Part shown: positions 28,035 through 39,053 of the stretch, in pieces
Layout: every line of letters begins with the position of its first letter
How positions within the stretch are numbered: the first letter of the stretch is position 1
From: Fibrobacteria bacterium
GTDB taxonomy: Bacteria > Fibrobacterota > Fibrobacteria > UBA11236
Direction: 5' to 3'
DNA length: 64,000 nucleotides
Assembly (NCBI GenBank): GCA_043745805.1
Contig: JAYTSD010000031.1
Coordinates: 64,001 to 128,000 of the forward strand
Translations under genes and position numbers: made by a program
Notes under the pieces: model-generated
What the model saw: only the letters and a program-made list of their open reading frames with translations
Database searches by the model: none
What the model was told of the DNA's origin: nothing

Positions 28035-30097
28035 TGTTCTTGCTCCTGATTTGCGTAACCACGCAAAAGTTTTTTTCTAAAATCTGGGACGCTGAGTTTA
28101 TTAAGCAAAGTTGTGGATTGAGACGGGGAATTTAATCCCATCGTAGGTGGTTTAAATGGCCCTTCTGCGGCGTTGCGGAGTGGATTACTTATATCGAATC
28201 CGATGGCCCTTGCCTTTTCTTTTATTGGTCCTAACACCGTATTATCGAGAATATTGTTTCCAATTTCCTTAACACCTTCTCGAATAGCATTTGATGCGCC
28301 TGTGCCGGATGTTGACATAACAGCATTTCCAAATTTATCACCAAGGTTCACGAGGTTTTTTAAATTATCTAGCTCCGTAGGTTCAAACAAAACTGAGGCT
28401 ACTGTTTTTTTGTTTTCCATGGAATTTTTTAAGCGCTTGAAAGTAAAATCATCACCCTTTAACATTTCATTTAAAAATGTTCCCTTGAGTGTATTTAGTT
28501 GCTCCGGAGACAAATAATCTTTTAAAGCCGTAATTCTTTTTGTATCACCGTGATCAATAATGGATTTAAAAATCGCTTCATCACTTGTTCCCTCTTGGCC
28601 AATTTTTCCGAGCAAAGATTTATCGCCGAATATTTTGTGCATCGCCTTATTACTCTCAACAAGCGAAGCGGCTTTTTCAATTCCGAAACTATTTTCAACA
28701 GTTCCGATCATCGCTTGCGAAATGTCACCATATAATTTTCTAAAGCGAGAAATGTCCGGCGTAATATCTGCCAAAGTATTTTTAGACTTAAAGGCTACAT
28801 CTCCAATATCCTGCAAAGCCTCATAGGATCCGGCGTAAGTTTGGCCCTTGCGCTTAAATACGTCAATTGCATTTAGTATTTGATTACCCTGCTCTTTTGC
28901 TGTTTTGGTTAAACCGTTTTCGGATTTTGCTTTCGCCCACGCTTCCAAATCCTGTAACTTAGGCGTTATCTTTTGCAATTGTTGCGGGTCCATCATTAAG
29001 TCGGGAACCTGTGCGATTATATCTTTATGCGTAGTATTGATAGCATCAAAAGCACGGTCCACGCCTTCGTTAAACCCTTCACGCAAAACGCTACCGGCGT
29101 CTTGGACGGTAACAGGTGCGCTACCACCAATTTTTTCTATGTCCCTGTGAATCGCCTTGCGAACTTGATCCAATCCTTCAGCATGCTTGTCTAGTAGCTC
29201 CTGACCAGCTAACCCTTCGGCTTGTACTCTAGCAGTGCGCGTGGCCATATGGTTTTTGCCAAATTCAACGGCTTCAGGTAATAGTTTTGGATCGATTCCG
29301 TTTTCTAGTGCAGTTTTAACGGAATGCGTAAAGTCATCCGCTTGCTTTGGATTGAACGCGCTCGTGATTCCTTGTCTTGCACTTTCAAATGCGTCTCCAG
29401 TAGTTTTAATTAAAGATTTTGTGGCGTTTATTGAACCTGTTGCAGCCTTTGTACCAGTAAGCAAATCAGCGCCACGAGCTAAACCCTCAACACCTTCACC
29501 AGCCATTTTTGCAATCGGCTTTGCAGTATTACCGAGCATTTTTAATTCGGACATTCCAGGAATAGGCACAGCCAATTCACCTATAGCCCCAACTGTTCCG
29601 GATGCAGTAGGATCAAAAAATCCACCTTTTTTAAGCTGAATTCCTTTTCCAGTTTCATTATAAAGACTAGGTGCAACATCGCTTAATGCTGTTGATGGCA
29701 CACCATATCCCTCAGCAATCTTTCCCGCTGTTGGTGATTTATCTGGATCGGCGCCAAAATTTTTTATTGCCGTTCCTAAAAATGTTCCAACATCTTTGTA
29801 TTCATTTGGATCAGTAAATTTTGATAATCCCTCTGCTCGTCCACCTCTGTCTATTCTGTTTTGCTGTACTTGCCCAAGCCCTGCTCGAATAGGCGCAGTT
29901 GTTACCCTATCTAATTGGCGACCAACAAAAGCGAGTGGTGGGAGTACAATATTTGCTGCGGTAGAACCTATTTTATCTAAAAGGCTTAGATCATCTTGTG
30001 CAGCTGGATCGATAGCGGGCGAAGCGGAATATTTTTTCCATGGTCCATCATCGGTTACGGTACCGGTGGATGCATACTTTTCCCATGGCTTGGCCAT
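28031..30097 (-). CDS. Putative internal virion (ejection) protein
   Basis: 688 aa, helical, repeated PW.KY at the N-terminus, placed after the tail genes as in podoviruses. Confidence 0.65.
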   Translation of the reverse strand: MAKPWEKYASTGTVTDDGPWKKYSASPAIDPAAQDDLSLLDKIGSTAANIVLPPLAFVGRQLDRVTTAPIRAGLGQVQQNRIDRGGRAEGLSKFTDPNEYKDVGTFLGTAIKNFGADPDKSPTAGKIAEGYGVPSTALSDVAPSLYNETGKGIQLKKGGFFDPTASGTVGAIGELAVPIPGMSELKMLGNTAKPIAKMAGEGVEGLARGADLLTGTKAATGSINATKSLIKTTGDAFESARQGITSAFNPKQADDFTHSVKTALENGIDPKLLPEAVEFGKNHMATRTARVQAEGLAGQELLDKHAEGLDQVRKAIHRDIEKIGGSAPVTVQDAGSVLREGFNEGVDRAFDAINTTHKDIIAQVPDLMMDPQQLQKITPKLQDLEAWAKAKSENGLTKTAKEQGNQILNAIDVFKRKGQTYAGSYEALQDIGDVAFKSKNTLADITPDISRFRKLYGDISQAMIGTVENSFGIEKAASLVESNKAMHKIFGDKSLLGKIGQEGTSDEAIFKSIIDHGDTKRITALKDYLSPEQLNTLKGTFLNEMLKGDDFTFKRLKNSMENKKTVASVLFEPTELDNLKNLVNLGDKFGNAVMSTSGTGASNAIREGVKEIGNNILDNTVLGPIKEKARAIGFDISNPLRNAAEGPFKPPTMGLNSPSQSTTLLNKLSVPDFRKKLLRGYANQEQEQ

Positions 30098-31365
30098 TAT
30101 ACTTTTTCCCAGTTTTTAGGGTCTTTTGGATCGCCGCCTTTAAATTTGTAACCACCTTCTACGGTTCCAGCCGATGGCGCGGCGGGAGCTTTTTGACTTG
30201 ATGAATCTGTTTTCGGAGTACGGCCATATAAAGAATCAATATCGGCGTTACCTCTATCGATAGATCCTTGCATGCTATTTATTTTTGCATTCACCTTATC
30301 AACAAATTTATCTAGGTTTCTTCCTATAAACTCTCCGCTGCCACTCCAATTACCGACTTGATATTTTAATTCTGAGGCGAGTCTTTCAGCTTCATCATTA
30401 GACAAGGCATCGGGGCCTAGCGAGCTATTCATGGCCTTTAACATTCCGAGGCCATAGGATAAAGCAGCATCTTTAGTCTTTGCGTTTTTAAACTGCTCTA
30501 AGTCGCTTGAAATTGTGTTTTTCAAAGTTTTTTGAAATCCAATTGTGCCGGCAATTTTTTTTACTTGCTCCTGAGCCTCCATGGGCAAGGCGTTAAATTC
30601 GGCGTTCTTATCAACTTTTCCGGCAATGTCCGTAAGCTCGTAAGTGCCTTTCTTTGTATTTGTTTTGTAAACAGATCCGTCACCTCCATTAAAAAACGAA
30701 AACTGCCCATTGTCCATTGCTTTAGCTTGAGCGTTTGACGCTCCCACATTTGCTTTGGCCTGTAGCGGTTTAAACGCGCTTGCGGCCGTTTCATTTTGTG
30801 ACTGCGTGATTTTATCACCCTGCGTTTTCTCTGCTATGTTCGCTTCTACTCCCGATGTTCTCGCTTGTGCTTGTGTATGGGTAACATTAGCGTTACTGAT
30901 TGGAGTTTCATTTTGGGTTTTGGTTAATCTGCCAGCATAATCCGCTTTAGCCATTTCCGGAGTATATAGCGGATCATCGTTCAAAAGTGACATGGTATGA
31001 TAGTGTGCGTCGTTTAAACCTTGCGCTTGTGCGCCTGACGCCGAAATGCCGGTAGGCATTCCGCCTGCATCCATACCGAGGCTAGCTTTTCCCGTTTCGC
31101 CCATTGGCAATTGTGATGCGGGTTGAGAGTTCTTAAATGATTCTAAAAGCATTTGCTTTTTCAGATTCTTATCGAATGACAACTTAGATGTTTGATTCAC
31201 TAAATTCTTGGCCGCGTTATCTTTATTTACGCCCTCTGTGACCGCGGCAGATTGCAGTAAATCCGATTGGGTTTTACGATTATCTTGTATAGCCGTACCA
31301 ATGTCACCTAGGCCCAATAAGCTGCGCTGCAAGGCTTCCGCCATGCTTGGTCTATATTGTATCAT
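30097..31365 (-). CDS. Putative internal virion (ejection) protein
   Basis: Gln/Ala-rich; C-terminal GTVEGGYKFKGGDPKDPKNWEKV. Confidence 0.65.
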   Translation of the reverse strand: MIQYRPSMAEALQRSLLGLGDIGTAIQDNRKTQSDLLQSAAVTEGVNKDNAAKNLVNQTSKLSFDKNLKKQMLLESFKNSQPASQLPMGETGKASLGMDAGGMPTGISASGAQAQGLNDAHYHTMSLLNDDPLYTPEMAKADYAGRLTKTQNETPISNANVTHTQAQARTSGVEANIAEKTQGDKITQSQNETAASAFKPLQAKANVGASNAQAKAMDNGQFSFFNGGDGSVYKTNTKKGTYELTDIAGKVDKNAEFNALPMEAQEQVKKIAGTIGFQKTLKNTISSDLEQFKNAKTKDAALSYGLGMLKAMNSSLGPDALSNDEAERLASELKYQVGNWSGSGEFIGRNLDKFVDKVNAKINSMQGSIDRGNADIDSLYGRTPKTDSSSQKAPAAPSAGTVEGGYKFKGGDPKDPKNWEKV

Positions 31366-31739
31366 CGTATTCCTGTTTTCAATCCAGGGTATGGATTAGC
31401 AAGGTTTGCCCCAAAAGAATTTCCAGCGGGGTTATTCGAAGAAAATGCAGAACCAAGAAAATTTTTAAAAATGTTATAGCCATTCTCGGCGGTTTGATCC
31501 GTTCTGCCTTTTCTTTTTAGGCTGTCATTATTTAGTCTTTGCTCTTCAAGATTTAATTGATATGCTGGATCTTGTTCTTGAGCTTGCGCGTCAAGATAAC
31601 CTCCAACACCACCCAGTAACCCGCCTAATACCCCTCCGGCAGCCGTTCCATAAGGTCCAAATGCAGATCCGGCCTTTGCGCCACCGGTAGCGCCAGTGAT
31701 ACCCATAGATAATGATTCGGCCATTGTTCGCTTTTTCAT
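31362..31739 (-). CDS. Small glycine-zipper protein, putative ejection protein
   Basis: GATGGAKAGSAFGPYGTAAGGVLGGLLGG. Confidence 0.65.
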   Translation of the reverse strand: MKKRTMAESLSMGITGATGGAKAGSAFGPYGTAAGGVLGGLLGGVGGYLDAQAQEQDPAYQLNLEEQRLNNDSLKRKGRTDQTAENGYNIFKNFLGSAFSSNNPAGNSFGANLANPYPGLKTGIR

Positions 31740-34087
31740 CTTTTAGTCTCCAATGCTAACGCGGAATTAGCTCTATCATTTCCAACAAGATCGGTAAAGG
31801 CTTTTTTAGCTTCTTCTGGATCTAAACCATTAACTACCATGTTGTAATAATTGGCATAATCCATTCCGACTTGAGTGGCGCTATAAATATATCGTACACC
31901 TTCTTCTAACAATTGGCCACCAACCTTACTACGGTCATATAATCCCTTGTAAACTTTCTTTGGATCAAGACCATTATCCTCTGCGATCTTATTGAGGTGT
32001 TCCTCGGCATTTATCATCATGCCGCTCGCATGTCTATTGTCTTTCTGAGCTACGATTTTATTTGGATCAAGTTTATCTGCAATATTTTTTATCTCGATAC
32101 TATTGTCCTGAATAGTTTTCATTATATCAGGAGAGAGCGAGCTCTTCACCTGTCCAAGCGTGGTTTTGAAAGTTTTAACTTGAGTCGCATAGGTCTGTGT
32201 CCCGTCGTCTGTAATCTTGGCATTGATGTTATTCTTCGCTGCTGCTATTTGCTCAGGAGTATATTGCTTGCCACTTGGATCTTTTGCAGTGGCAGCCCAT
32301 GTTTCAAACGACGCGGGGTCTTTGAAGCTTGAGGCTTTCATGTTTAACGTGCCTTGTGCAACTTTATCAGCTGTCATCACCGGTGACCCGTCAGGATTCT
32401 TTAGGTTACCCAACCCTTTATAAAAATTCTCAGCTGCAAATTGAAGCATATCCGGATTATCGCCAGCCATTGCGGTAAGCGTTGCTGTGGTTTTTGCAAG
32501 GTTTTCGAATTCAGATGAGCCTTTTAACAAATCAAATTTTGCCTGATCTAATCCAAGAGTAGAGGCGAATTCACTTGCGTCCTGAGCCAGCTTTTGATAA
32601 GCCAGTTGTACATCTTGATCCTTAAAATCATATTTCTGCTGCAAGTCCGCGCTGAATTGCGTTGAATTTTGCGCGAGTTGCGCTTCGGCCAATGTTTTGG
32701 CTTGGGAAAGTTGTTTATCCTGTTGCTGTCCATCAAACCACTGCTGACTTGCTTGCATAGCGGTTTGTTGGTCATAACCCATACCAAGCAATTCTTTTTC
32801 GTAATCTTGCTTGGTAGTCGCCATAGCTTCCTCGTGAGAGTAACCCTTGTCAGTCATAAGCGAAGTAAAACTTTGCGCCATTTTTGTATTTAAGATTGTA
32901 TTGGCTTGTTCTTTTTCGAGCGTGTCGAGATTAAGTGTATGGTTTAAAGTCGCCATCGACGTATCGTGATCGTTTTTCATTTTCTCAAGCAATACATTTT
33001 GCTCATTTTGCGTGAGCTGTTGACCGGCTTCGAATTTTCTTTGAATGTCGTCTCGATTACCTTGCCAAATTCTTTGGGCCACGGCGTCATCGAGTCCAGC
33101 GGTTACGCGCCATTTTTCAAAATCTTGAGTCGAGTTGAACTGTTGAATTTGTGTCGCCATTTTTTTAGCGTCAATATCATACCCTTGATCCGCAATGTAT
33201 TTTTGCAATTCGCGTGATAAATTATTTTGTACTGAGGTCGCCGATATTTGTCTTTCGTTTTGCGTTGCTTGCCATGCTCTTTGGGCTTCGTCATTAGAAA
33301 AGCCTTTATCAGTGGCATATTTTTTAAACGACAATTCGTCCTGAAATTGACTGCCACTTTGGGCCAGCTCTTTTTCGCGCAAACTTAGATCTTTCAGCGC
33401 AAGCTCTTTTGTTTGAGCTAGTGCAGTGGAATTTTGCTCCCCTTGTTGACCGAGGCCCGCTAAGGTGGATAAGTTTTGGAAAGCATTTTGTTGTTTGGTT
33501 ATATTTTGTTGCTCTTCTTGGCCTTGTAATTGGCCTAAAAAGTTTTGTCTTGCGGGTATTAACTTCTGCGTTACATAGTCGCCTACATCGCCCCCAAGCT
33601 GTCCAGTGAAGGCATGTCCATTTAATGCCGATGATTCTTTTGCTTGGCGTAAAGCCTCGCCCTCGCCTTTGTTGTACTCGTTTAAAGCGAACATCGATGA
33701 CATAGATGGGTTTTGGTTACCCTGTAAATTTTGGCCTATTGCTTGGCTCGCTTGGCCTATCAATGGCTCTGCAAGCGGGTTTTCTTGCAATGCCTGACTA
33801 AATGTTTTAGGCTTTGCAGCCTGTGGATCTTGCGGGTTTTGTGGAGCGGGTCCATCGCCTGGATTAAATGCAGCTGAATTAAAACCGGCACTATCGCCAC
33901 CTGGAATCTTAAATGAACTTTGTGACGAAGCTGGTGCCACTTGGTTAGGCGTTTGGCTATTGGCTATATCACTAGGTGCGCCGCCTGAATTTTGAACCGC
34001 GCCGCTTAATTTGGCGCCAAATGATTGGTTGCCAAAGTAACTTGGGCTTTTAGGATCGCGCCATTGATATGTTCCGGTTGTAGCCAT
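31736..34087 (-). CDS. Gln-rich putative internal virion (ejection) protein
   Basis: 783 aa; low-complexity N-terminus, imperfect helical repeats (AQRAWQ / AQRIWQ). Confidence 0.6.
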   Translation of the reverse strand: MATTGTYQWRDPKSPSYFGNQSFGAKLSGAVQNSGGAPSDIANSQTPNQVAPASSQSSFKIPGGDSAGFNSAAFNPGDGPAPQNPQDPQAAKPKTFSQALQENPLAEPLIGQASQAIGQNLQGNQNPSMSSMFALNEYNKGEGEALRQAKESSALNGHAFTGQLGGDVGDYVTQKLIPARQNFLGQLQGQEEQQNITKQQNAFQNLSTLAGLGQQGEQNSTALAQTKELALKDLSLREKELAQSGSQFQDELSFKKYATDKGFSNDEAQRAWQATQNERQISATSVQNNLSRELQKYIADQGYDIDAKKMATQIQQFNSTQDFEKWRVTAGLDDAVAQRIWQGNRDDIQRKFEAGQQLTQNEQNVLLEKMKNDHDTSMATLNHTLNLDTLEKEQANTILNTKMAQSFTSLMTDKGYSHEEAMATTKQDYEKELLGMGYDQQTAMQASQQWFDGQQQDKQLSQAKTLAEAQLAQNSTQFSADLQQKYDFKDQDVQLAYQKLAQDASEFASTLGLDQAKFDLLKGSSEFENLAKTTATLTAMAGDNPDMLQFAAENFYKGLGNLKNPDGSPVMTADKVAQGTLNMKASSFKDPASFETWAATAKDPSGKQYTPEQIAAAKNNINAKITDDGTQTYATQVKTFKTTLGQVKSSLSPDIMKTIQDNSIEIKNIADKLDPNKIVAQKDNRHASGMMINAEEHLNKIAEDNGLDPKKVYKGLYDRSKVGGQLLEEGVRYIYSATQVGMDYANYYNMVVNGLDPEEAKKAFTDLVGNDRANSALALETKR

Positions 34088-34368
34088 TATTCCATCCTCA
34101 GGGTAACAATTGCATTCTTGTCGCTAAATTGTAGAGTTACCCGTCGCAAATCTTTCACAGCAATTCCATTCGCATTTATTTTTATCCAACATTGCATATT
34201 TTTCCCTTCGGATGCCACAATAAAAACTTGCTTTGGTATGCGTGCAAGCTCGTGAGAAATGATTACATCGGTTCCGGCAGTTTCTTTTACGAATCGACGC
34301 AAGAGAGCGAAGCGCTTATCATCATCGAGATAAACCTGATCAAGTTTTAATTCTCCGGTTGGGATCAC
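34087..34368 (-). CDS. Small tail-associated protein
   Basis: 93 aa, coupled on both sides within the tail module. Confidence 0.55.
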   Translation of the reverse strand: MIPTGELKLDQVYLDDDKRFALLRRFVKETAGTDVIISHELARIPKQVFIVASEGKNMQCWIKINANGIAVKDLRRVTLQFSDKNAIVTLRME

Positions 34369-35897
34369 TGCATAAACTCCAATTCGAACCTAACCGGTGT
34401 GCCTTTAGTTCCGCTTGTTGTGAATCCAGTAGAACTATTGCTTTTATAAAAAGTTATAGTACTCGTGTTATATGAGGCCTTTATATCCGATGAAGGACCA
34501 ATAGTTGCCGAATTGTCGGTTAGGCTTGGTATTGAAAAATGTACGGTTCCAGGAGATAGTGTGGATGGAACTCCGGTATATGTAAATGTGTTAGCGTTGC
34601 TTGTTGCCGAAAGAATTGGAATATCTATGGTAACATGATTTCCAATCCTAAAAAATACGCTAACTGCCGTAGGAGCCGATGTGCATCCGGTAATAGTTGC
34701 CGTCCACGTCCCTTTATCAATGTATGTTTCATACTGCCATGTGTTTCCAATACTCTTTACTGAGATATTGGAATTATTCGCATTTCCGATTAGTGTAGGT
34801 GTAGACCAATCAGTTCCAGATCCGGAAGTTATTGAAATAGTATTCAAAGTAAAATCTGTTTTATGTATATCATAAACTCGTCCCACGCAGCTTGAGGCTA
34901 GCGGTAAAGTAATCGTAAAACTTCCGCTTGTAGCATCAGCGTTTATTGTATGGTGGGTAGCGTCTAGCGTTGTGTTTCCTGTAAGGGTGGTGACTACGTT
35001 GGCAACGGAAGTATTAAGTGTTACGCCGCTGGTTGCGGAAACGGTTAATTGTGTTGAGCCGTTAGTTTGAATTTGTAAATCCCGATAGGTTCCCGTACCT
35101 TGCTTATCAACAGTTAATTGCCCAGCCGTTCCGGTATGTTGTATAAAGCATCTTTCAGTATTTGCCACACTTGGATCGCCCACACCAAAAGAAACCAATG
35201 CACCCCCCGAAGCTGCAACATTTAAATTCTTTACATTCAAACCCCACGATACCACGTCCGTAGCGCCATTGACATTTGATCTCGTTGCCGCCGCCACTCC
35301 AAGTATAGGGGTAACAAATATAGGACTCGTAGCGCGAACATGGCTACCGCTTCCCGTTTCCGTATTAACTGATAAGTTACCTGATCCATCTGTTATGACC
35401 GTCCTAGAAGCGGTTAAAGGTGTAGCAATCGTACCCGTGAGCGCTGGACTCGAAATAGTTGGCGTTGCGATTGTCGGGCTAGTTGATTTTACATAACTAC
35501 CAGATCCCGTTTGTGCAACAGTTGTTAAAGCTTTTCCAGCCGTAAGCTCCATAGTCTGCGAAGCTGTTCCGGAACTAAAAACAGGGGCAGTTGTGAAAGT
35601 ATCCACACCCGCAAACTTTGCGGTTCCGGTAACCAAAGTGTTACCTGATATAGTAGGGTTTGATATAGTTGGTGTTGTAATCGATGGGCTTACCGACCGC
35701 GAAAGCACACCTGTTCCGGTGGCCGCGTTTACCGTGTCGTTAATATTATTTACGCCCCATTTTAAAGCAGAGTCATTTTTGTCAACATACCGCACCTTTG
35801 GAATGGCCGCGGTATCGACGATATAGGGAAGGCTCACATTTGTGAGCGCAAAGGATTTTAAAGCAAAAAGTGATAGGAGTAAGAATATTTTTTTCAT
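34365..35897 (-). CDS. Putative tail fibre with an N-terminal signal peptide
   Basis: MKKIFLLLSLFALKSFA| followed by TG(T/S)G..V...SP...TP shaft repeats, a DATSGSFTITLP motif and a distal G.W.ATI...F.RIGN.V head; directly after the nozzle gene. Confidence 0.7.
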   Translation of the reverse strand: MKKIFLLLSLFALKSFALTNVSLPYIVDTAAIPKVRYVDKNDSALKWGVNNINDTVNAATGTGVLSRSVSPSITTPTISNPTISGNTLVTGTAKFAGVDTFTTAPVFSSGTASQTMELTAGKALTTVAQTGSGSYVKSTSPTIATPTISSPALTGTIATPLTASRTVITDGSGNLSVNTETGSGSHVRATSPIFVTPILGVAAATRSNVNGATDVVSWGLNVKNLNVAASGGALVSFGVGDPSVANTERCFIQHTGTAGQLTVDKQGTGTYRDLQIQTNGSTQLTVSATSGVTLNTSVANVVTTLTGNTTLDATHHTINADATSGSFTITLPLASSCVGRVYDIHKTDFTLNTISITSGSGTDWSTPTLIGNANNSNISVKSIGNTWQYETYIDKGTWTATITGCTSAPTAVSVFFRIGNHVTIDIPILSATSNANTFTYTGVPSTLSPGTVHFSIPSLTDNSATIGPSSDIKASYNTSTITFYKSNSSTGFTTSGTKGTPVRFELEFMQ

Positions 35898-37876
35898 CGT
35901 TTCCCAAAGATTCTGGAAACCGTTTGCCGAAAATGCATAACGAGTCCAATAAATGTGAATGTTGCGCTTGCGTTATTTACTTGTAATTTGAATTGGAAAA
36001 ATATTGCGTTTATTCCGCGCGGAATCGCTATCGATCCGCCGAGTGAAGTGTTAGCAAACCAAGTTTTATCCCAAAGTTTATCCCATGATCGAGGCACGAA
36101 TGTTGGTGAAATAGCGGCCAAACTTGTTCCGGTCGATACCGCTCCATAATCGCCATCGATGCGAGGATTTACTGATCCATCGGTGATAAATAAAAGTTCA
36201 ATTATGGAAATGGTTTTAACGTACTCAGGAGAGTTTTGTAATATTGGACCGCTCCAAATATTCGTATCTATTGTAGTTTGAACTCCTCCCACATGGTCGT
36301 AAGCTCCCGCTCCCGCTTGCAGGATGCGGTAATTTTGATTGTCGAATACGATAACTTTTCTGTCGCGGGTATAAAGCATATAACCAAAGCCAACGCCAGT
36401 AAAAATCGTAAACTTGGCCGTGGAAGAGACGTCGGGGTTATATGGCTGAAAGGTGGATAGGTCGAGAGTTAAAAGCGTATCACCACAAAGTTTTCCGGAA
36501 TCCTGTCGAGTCGCGATATATAAAACTTGATCGCAAACTGTTAGAACGATATTTGAATCGCCTTGATTTCCATTGTAACCTAGTTCGCCGCCGCCTAGAA
36601 AAATTGCATTCACATTCATGGAAATCATTATCGGTGCACCAGTTGGCCCTAGGAATTCGAGGCCGCGAAGAGATACGAAGAAAGCCCATCGGCCCCATGT
36701 TGCGAACGCTTCTTGATTTCTCACACCCACATCGGGAGAGATTGGCTGTAATTGATTCTTAGGATCTGATTGAGGCAATAAATAGCAGGAATCAAGCTGG
36801 CTTAAAAAAGCATCCGTTCCGCTTTCCTGTCCTGATTTGTTACCTATGCCTTTAACACATGTTAAGTCACCTTTTCCGGGTAGTTTAATGCGGTAACTCG
36901 TAGTATTTGGATAATATTCGCATTCATATTTATTAGTGGCAATAATCGAAAACCATGCTGTTTTTGAAGCATCTGGATCCGTTGCATCAATGATAAAACC
37001 GAAAATAACCCGCTTTCCGGAAGAGGTAACGAATTTTGCAGTAGGAGCGGCACCATTACGGCCGCTATCGTCAATTATTTGACCAGTTAAAGCCGCATCG
37101 CTAACATTTGACTGATATGTTACTGTTAACCTTCCGGCTACTGTTGCCTCGAGGTAATAAGGAAAGCCCAATCCACTGAATGAGCGATAAACCTCATAGG
37201 CATTCACTCTCAAATCGGAAGAAGCAGTCCATCCGAAATTAGTTTTTTGATTTGCTGGCGTTGCTGTAACAATTGTAGACCAATCACCACGAACAACGGT
37301 AACGCCTCCAACTTGAATACACGGGACGATAACCCATTGCCATGTTCCGCTTTGCCCAGTGGCCGTAAAAGACGAAAAAGCAAAATTTGTTACCGGTGCT
37401 GGCGCTCCAAAAACTCTCCAAGCCGAATCATCGGCTCTTTGTGGCAAATCAGCGCCATTGGTAGCGATGCATGCTCCCATAAAAGTCTCAAAACGAATAG
37501 TTTTATTGACTGTTAATCCCGTAACACGCGCCGTATCTATTCCAGTAGTCTTATCTAACTCTTGAATAGTGCCATTTGCATGGGCATGCAAGAGCCTAGC
37601 ACTACCACCTGAGTCCACATATTCATGAGCGAGAGAAAATGCGCCCATGGCCGTGTAATCGGTAGTAAGGTTATTATTCGAGCTAAGCAAAAACCCAACA
37701 AACGCATTGCGGCGGTTTAGCGTTCCGCTTTGATAATCCATGTTATCAAGCTTTTGAGCGAAACCGTTTTTTATTTCCAAAAACGTATTCATGATGTCAA
37801 TACCCAAGGGCATTTTATACCACGGCCCACTACGTGGATCTGGAAAGCGCCTAAGTGAAGAGAGTGGCACAGGCAT
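35894..37876 (-). CDS. Putative tail nozzle (tubular B / P22 gp10-like) protein
   Basis: 660 aa, beta-rich; N-terminal LDNMD..SGTL.RR, DVG......FF.S.RG; follows the adaptor gene. Confidence 0.65.
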   Translation of the reverse strand: MPVPLSSLRRFPDPRSGPWYKMPLGIDIMNTFLEIKNGFAQKLDNMDYQSGTLNRRNAFVGFLLSSNNNLTTDYTAMGAFSLAHEYVDSGGSARLLHAHANGTIQELDKTTGIDTARVTGLTVNKTIRFETFMGACIATNGADLPQRADDSAWRVFGAPAPVTNFAFSSFTATGQSGTWQWVIVPCIQVGGVTVVRGDWSTIVTATPANQKTNFGWTASSDLRVNAYEVYRSFSGLGFPYYLEATVAGRLTVTYQSNVSDAALTGQIIDDSGRNGAAPTAKFVTSSGKRVIFGFIIDATDPDASKTAWFSIIATNKYECEYYPNTTSYRIKLPGKGDLTCVKGIGNKSGQESGTDAFLSQLDSCYLLPQSDPKNQLQPISPDVGVRNQEAFATWGRWAFFVSLRGLEFLGPTGAPIMISMNVNAIFLGGGELGYNGNQGDSNIVLTVCDQVLYIATRQDSGKLCGDTLLTLDLSTFQPYNPDVSSTAKFTIFTGVGFGYMLYTRDRKVIVFDNQNYRILQAGAGAYDHVGGVQTTIDTNIWSGPILQNSPEYVKTISIIELLFITDGSVNPRIDGDYGAVSTGTSLAAISPTFVPRSWDKLWDKTWFANTSLGGSIAIPRGINAIFFQFKLQVNNASATFTFIGLVMHFRQTVSRIFGKR

Positions 37877-38544
37877 TATAAAGTTTCACCTGCAAACGAT
37901 TGATAAAGTGGTTGACCAAACACATCTTGTGGCGTTCTATTGTCCGGCCTTGTTGATCCGCGTCTAACAGCCAGCCATAAAGCGGCTTTCCATTCTTCCG
38001 CTTGCGACTTATAGTTTGCTGCCATAGCCTGCAACTCAGGCGTATTGAATACGGCCAAGAATGATGCATAAGCCATGATGCAGCGCTTTAAATCGTCATC
38101 AGATGGCCATGCAGCTAAGTCCGCGATTACAGTAACTTTTTTTCTATAAGTGAGGTAAAGCGTTGCCGTACCCGGATTAGTCGCGAACATTAGAACAGGG
38201 GTTCCGGTACTTCTGTTTATATAAACTTCATAGCGCCTATTGTATGGCCCATCTTTAACAAGAGCATCAACGTCGAAAGTGTCGCTTGCATAGTATTTCG
38301 TGAGCCTTCTCTCAACTGGCTTACCTTCGAAATCGCTTGGAAGAGAATAAGGTCCAAGACTCCCATCAATAGCGGAAATTGTTGTTTGTCCTAAAACAAA
38401 ATTCCAATCCTTATCCTTTACCAACCAACTAGCAGCGCCAACGACTTTACGCTCTAAATATCCGCCTGCTACGGTATCATAAGACTGAATCTCGCGAAGA
38501 TCATCCGCAAGATCCGTCTTAAGCTGAGTGGTGTCGAGTGCCAT
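37876..38544 (-). CDS. Putative head-tail adaptor (tubular A-like)
   Basis: DWNF, YSLPSDF and L.LTYRK motifs; position. Confidence 0.7.
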   Translation of the reverse strand: MALDTTQLKTDLADDLREIQSYDTVAGGYLERKVVGAASWLVKDKDWNFVLGQTTISAIDGSLGPYSLPSDFEGKPVERRLTKYYASDTFDVDALVKDGPYNRRYEVYINRSTGTPVLMFATNPGTATLYLTYRKKVTVIADLAAWPSDDDLKRCIMAYASFLAVFNTPELQAMAANYKSQAEEWKAALWLAVRRGSTRPDNRTPQDVFGQPLYQSFAGETL

Positions 38545-39053
38545 TATGGTTTAGGTGGCTTTGTATTTGTAGATAGTTGTGCAACTTGCATACGTAATTC
38601 TTCGATCTCGTCATGCTGTTTGCGATTTTCTTCAATAAGCTCTTGATTCTTAAGCTCACTGGTTTTTGCTTCGGCATCGAGTTCACGATTTTCGTATAAA
38701 CAAATACGGTTTTCCGGATGTTGCGACAAAAGCAAAAGGCGAATACATTCCTTTTCGTCTCTTGGGCAATAACCTTCCTTGGGAATCTCGTACATATCCG
38801 AAGGTGTTTCACGGTTAAATCCGGTCACACTAAATTCGGAATAACCAGGCCAAAGAATGCCACGAATACCACCGGAATAAAACTGCTTACGGTTTGGAAC
38901 GAATTTAATGAAGTCCGTCTTTGGATCGCGACCAAATTCCTTTTTCCAGCCAGCAAGCTTCCTTTTGTTCTCCGGAGAAAAATCAAGCGTGTTACCGTAA
39001 CTCAAAGTAGTACCGAGCGTAATTAATTCTGCATGTTTTTGTGGATTAAACAT
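38544..39053 (-). CDS. Phage hypothetical protein
   Basis: 169 aa with a C-terminal coiled coil. Confidence 0.6.
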   Translation of the reverse strand: MFNPQKHAELITLGTTLSYGNTLDFSPENKRKLAGWKKEFGRDPKTDFIKFVPNRKQFYSGGIRGILWPGYSEFSVTGFNRETPSDMYEIPKEGYCPRDEKECIRLLLLSQHPENRICLYENRELDAEAKTSELKNQELIEENRKQHDEIEELRMQVAQLSTNTKPPKP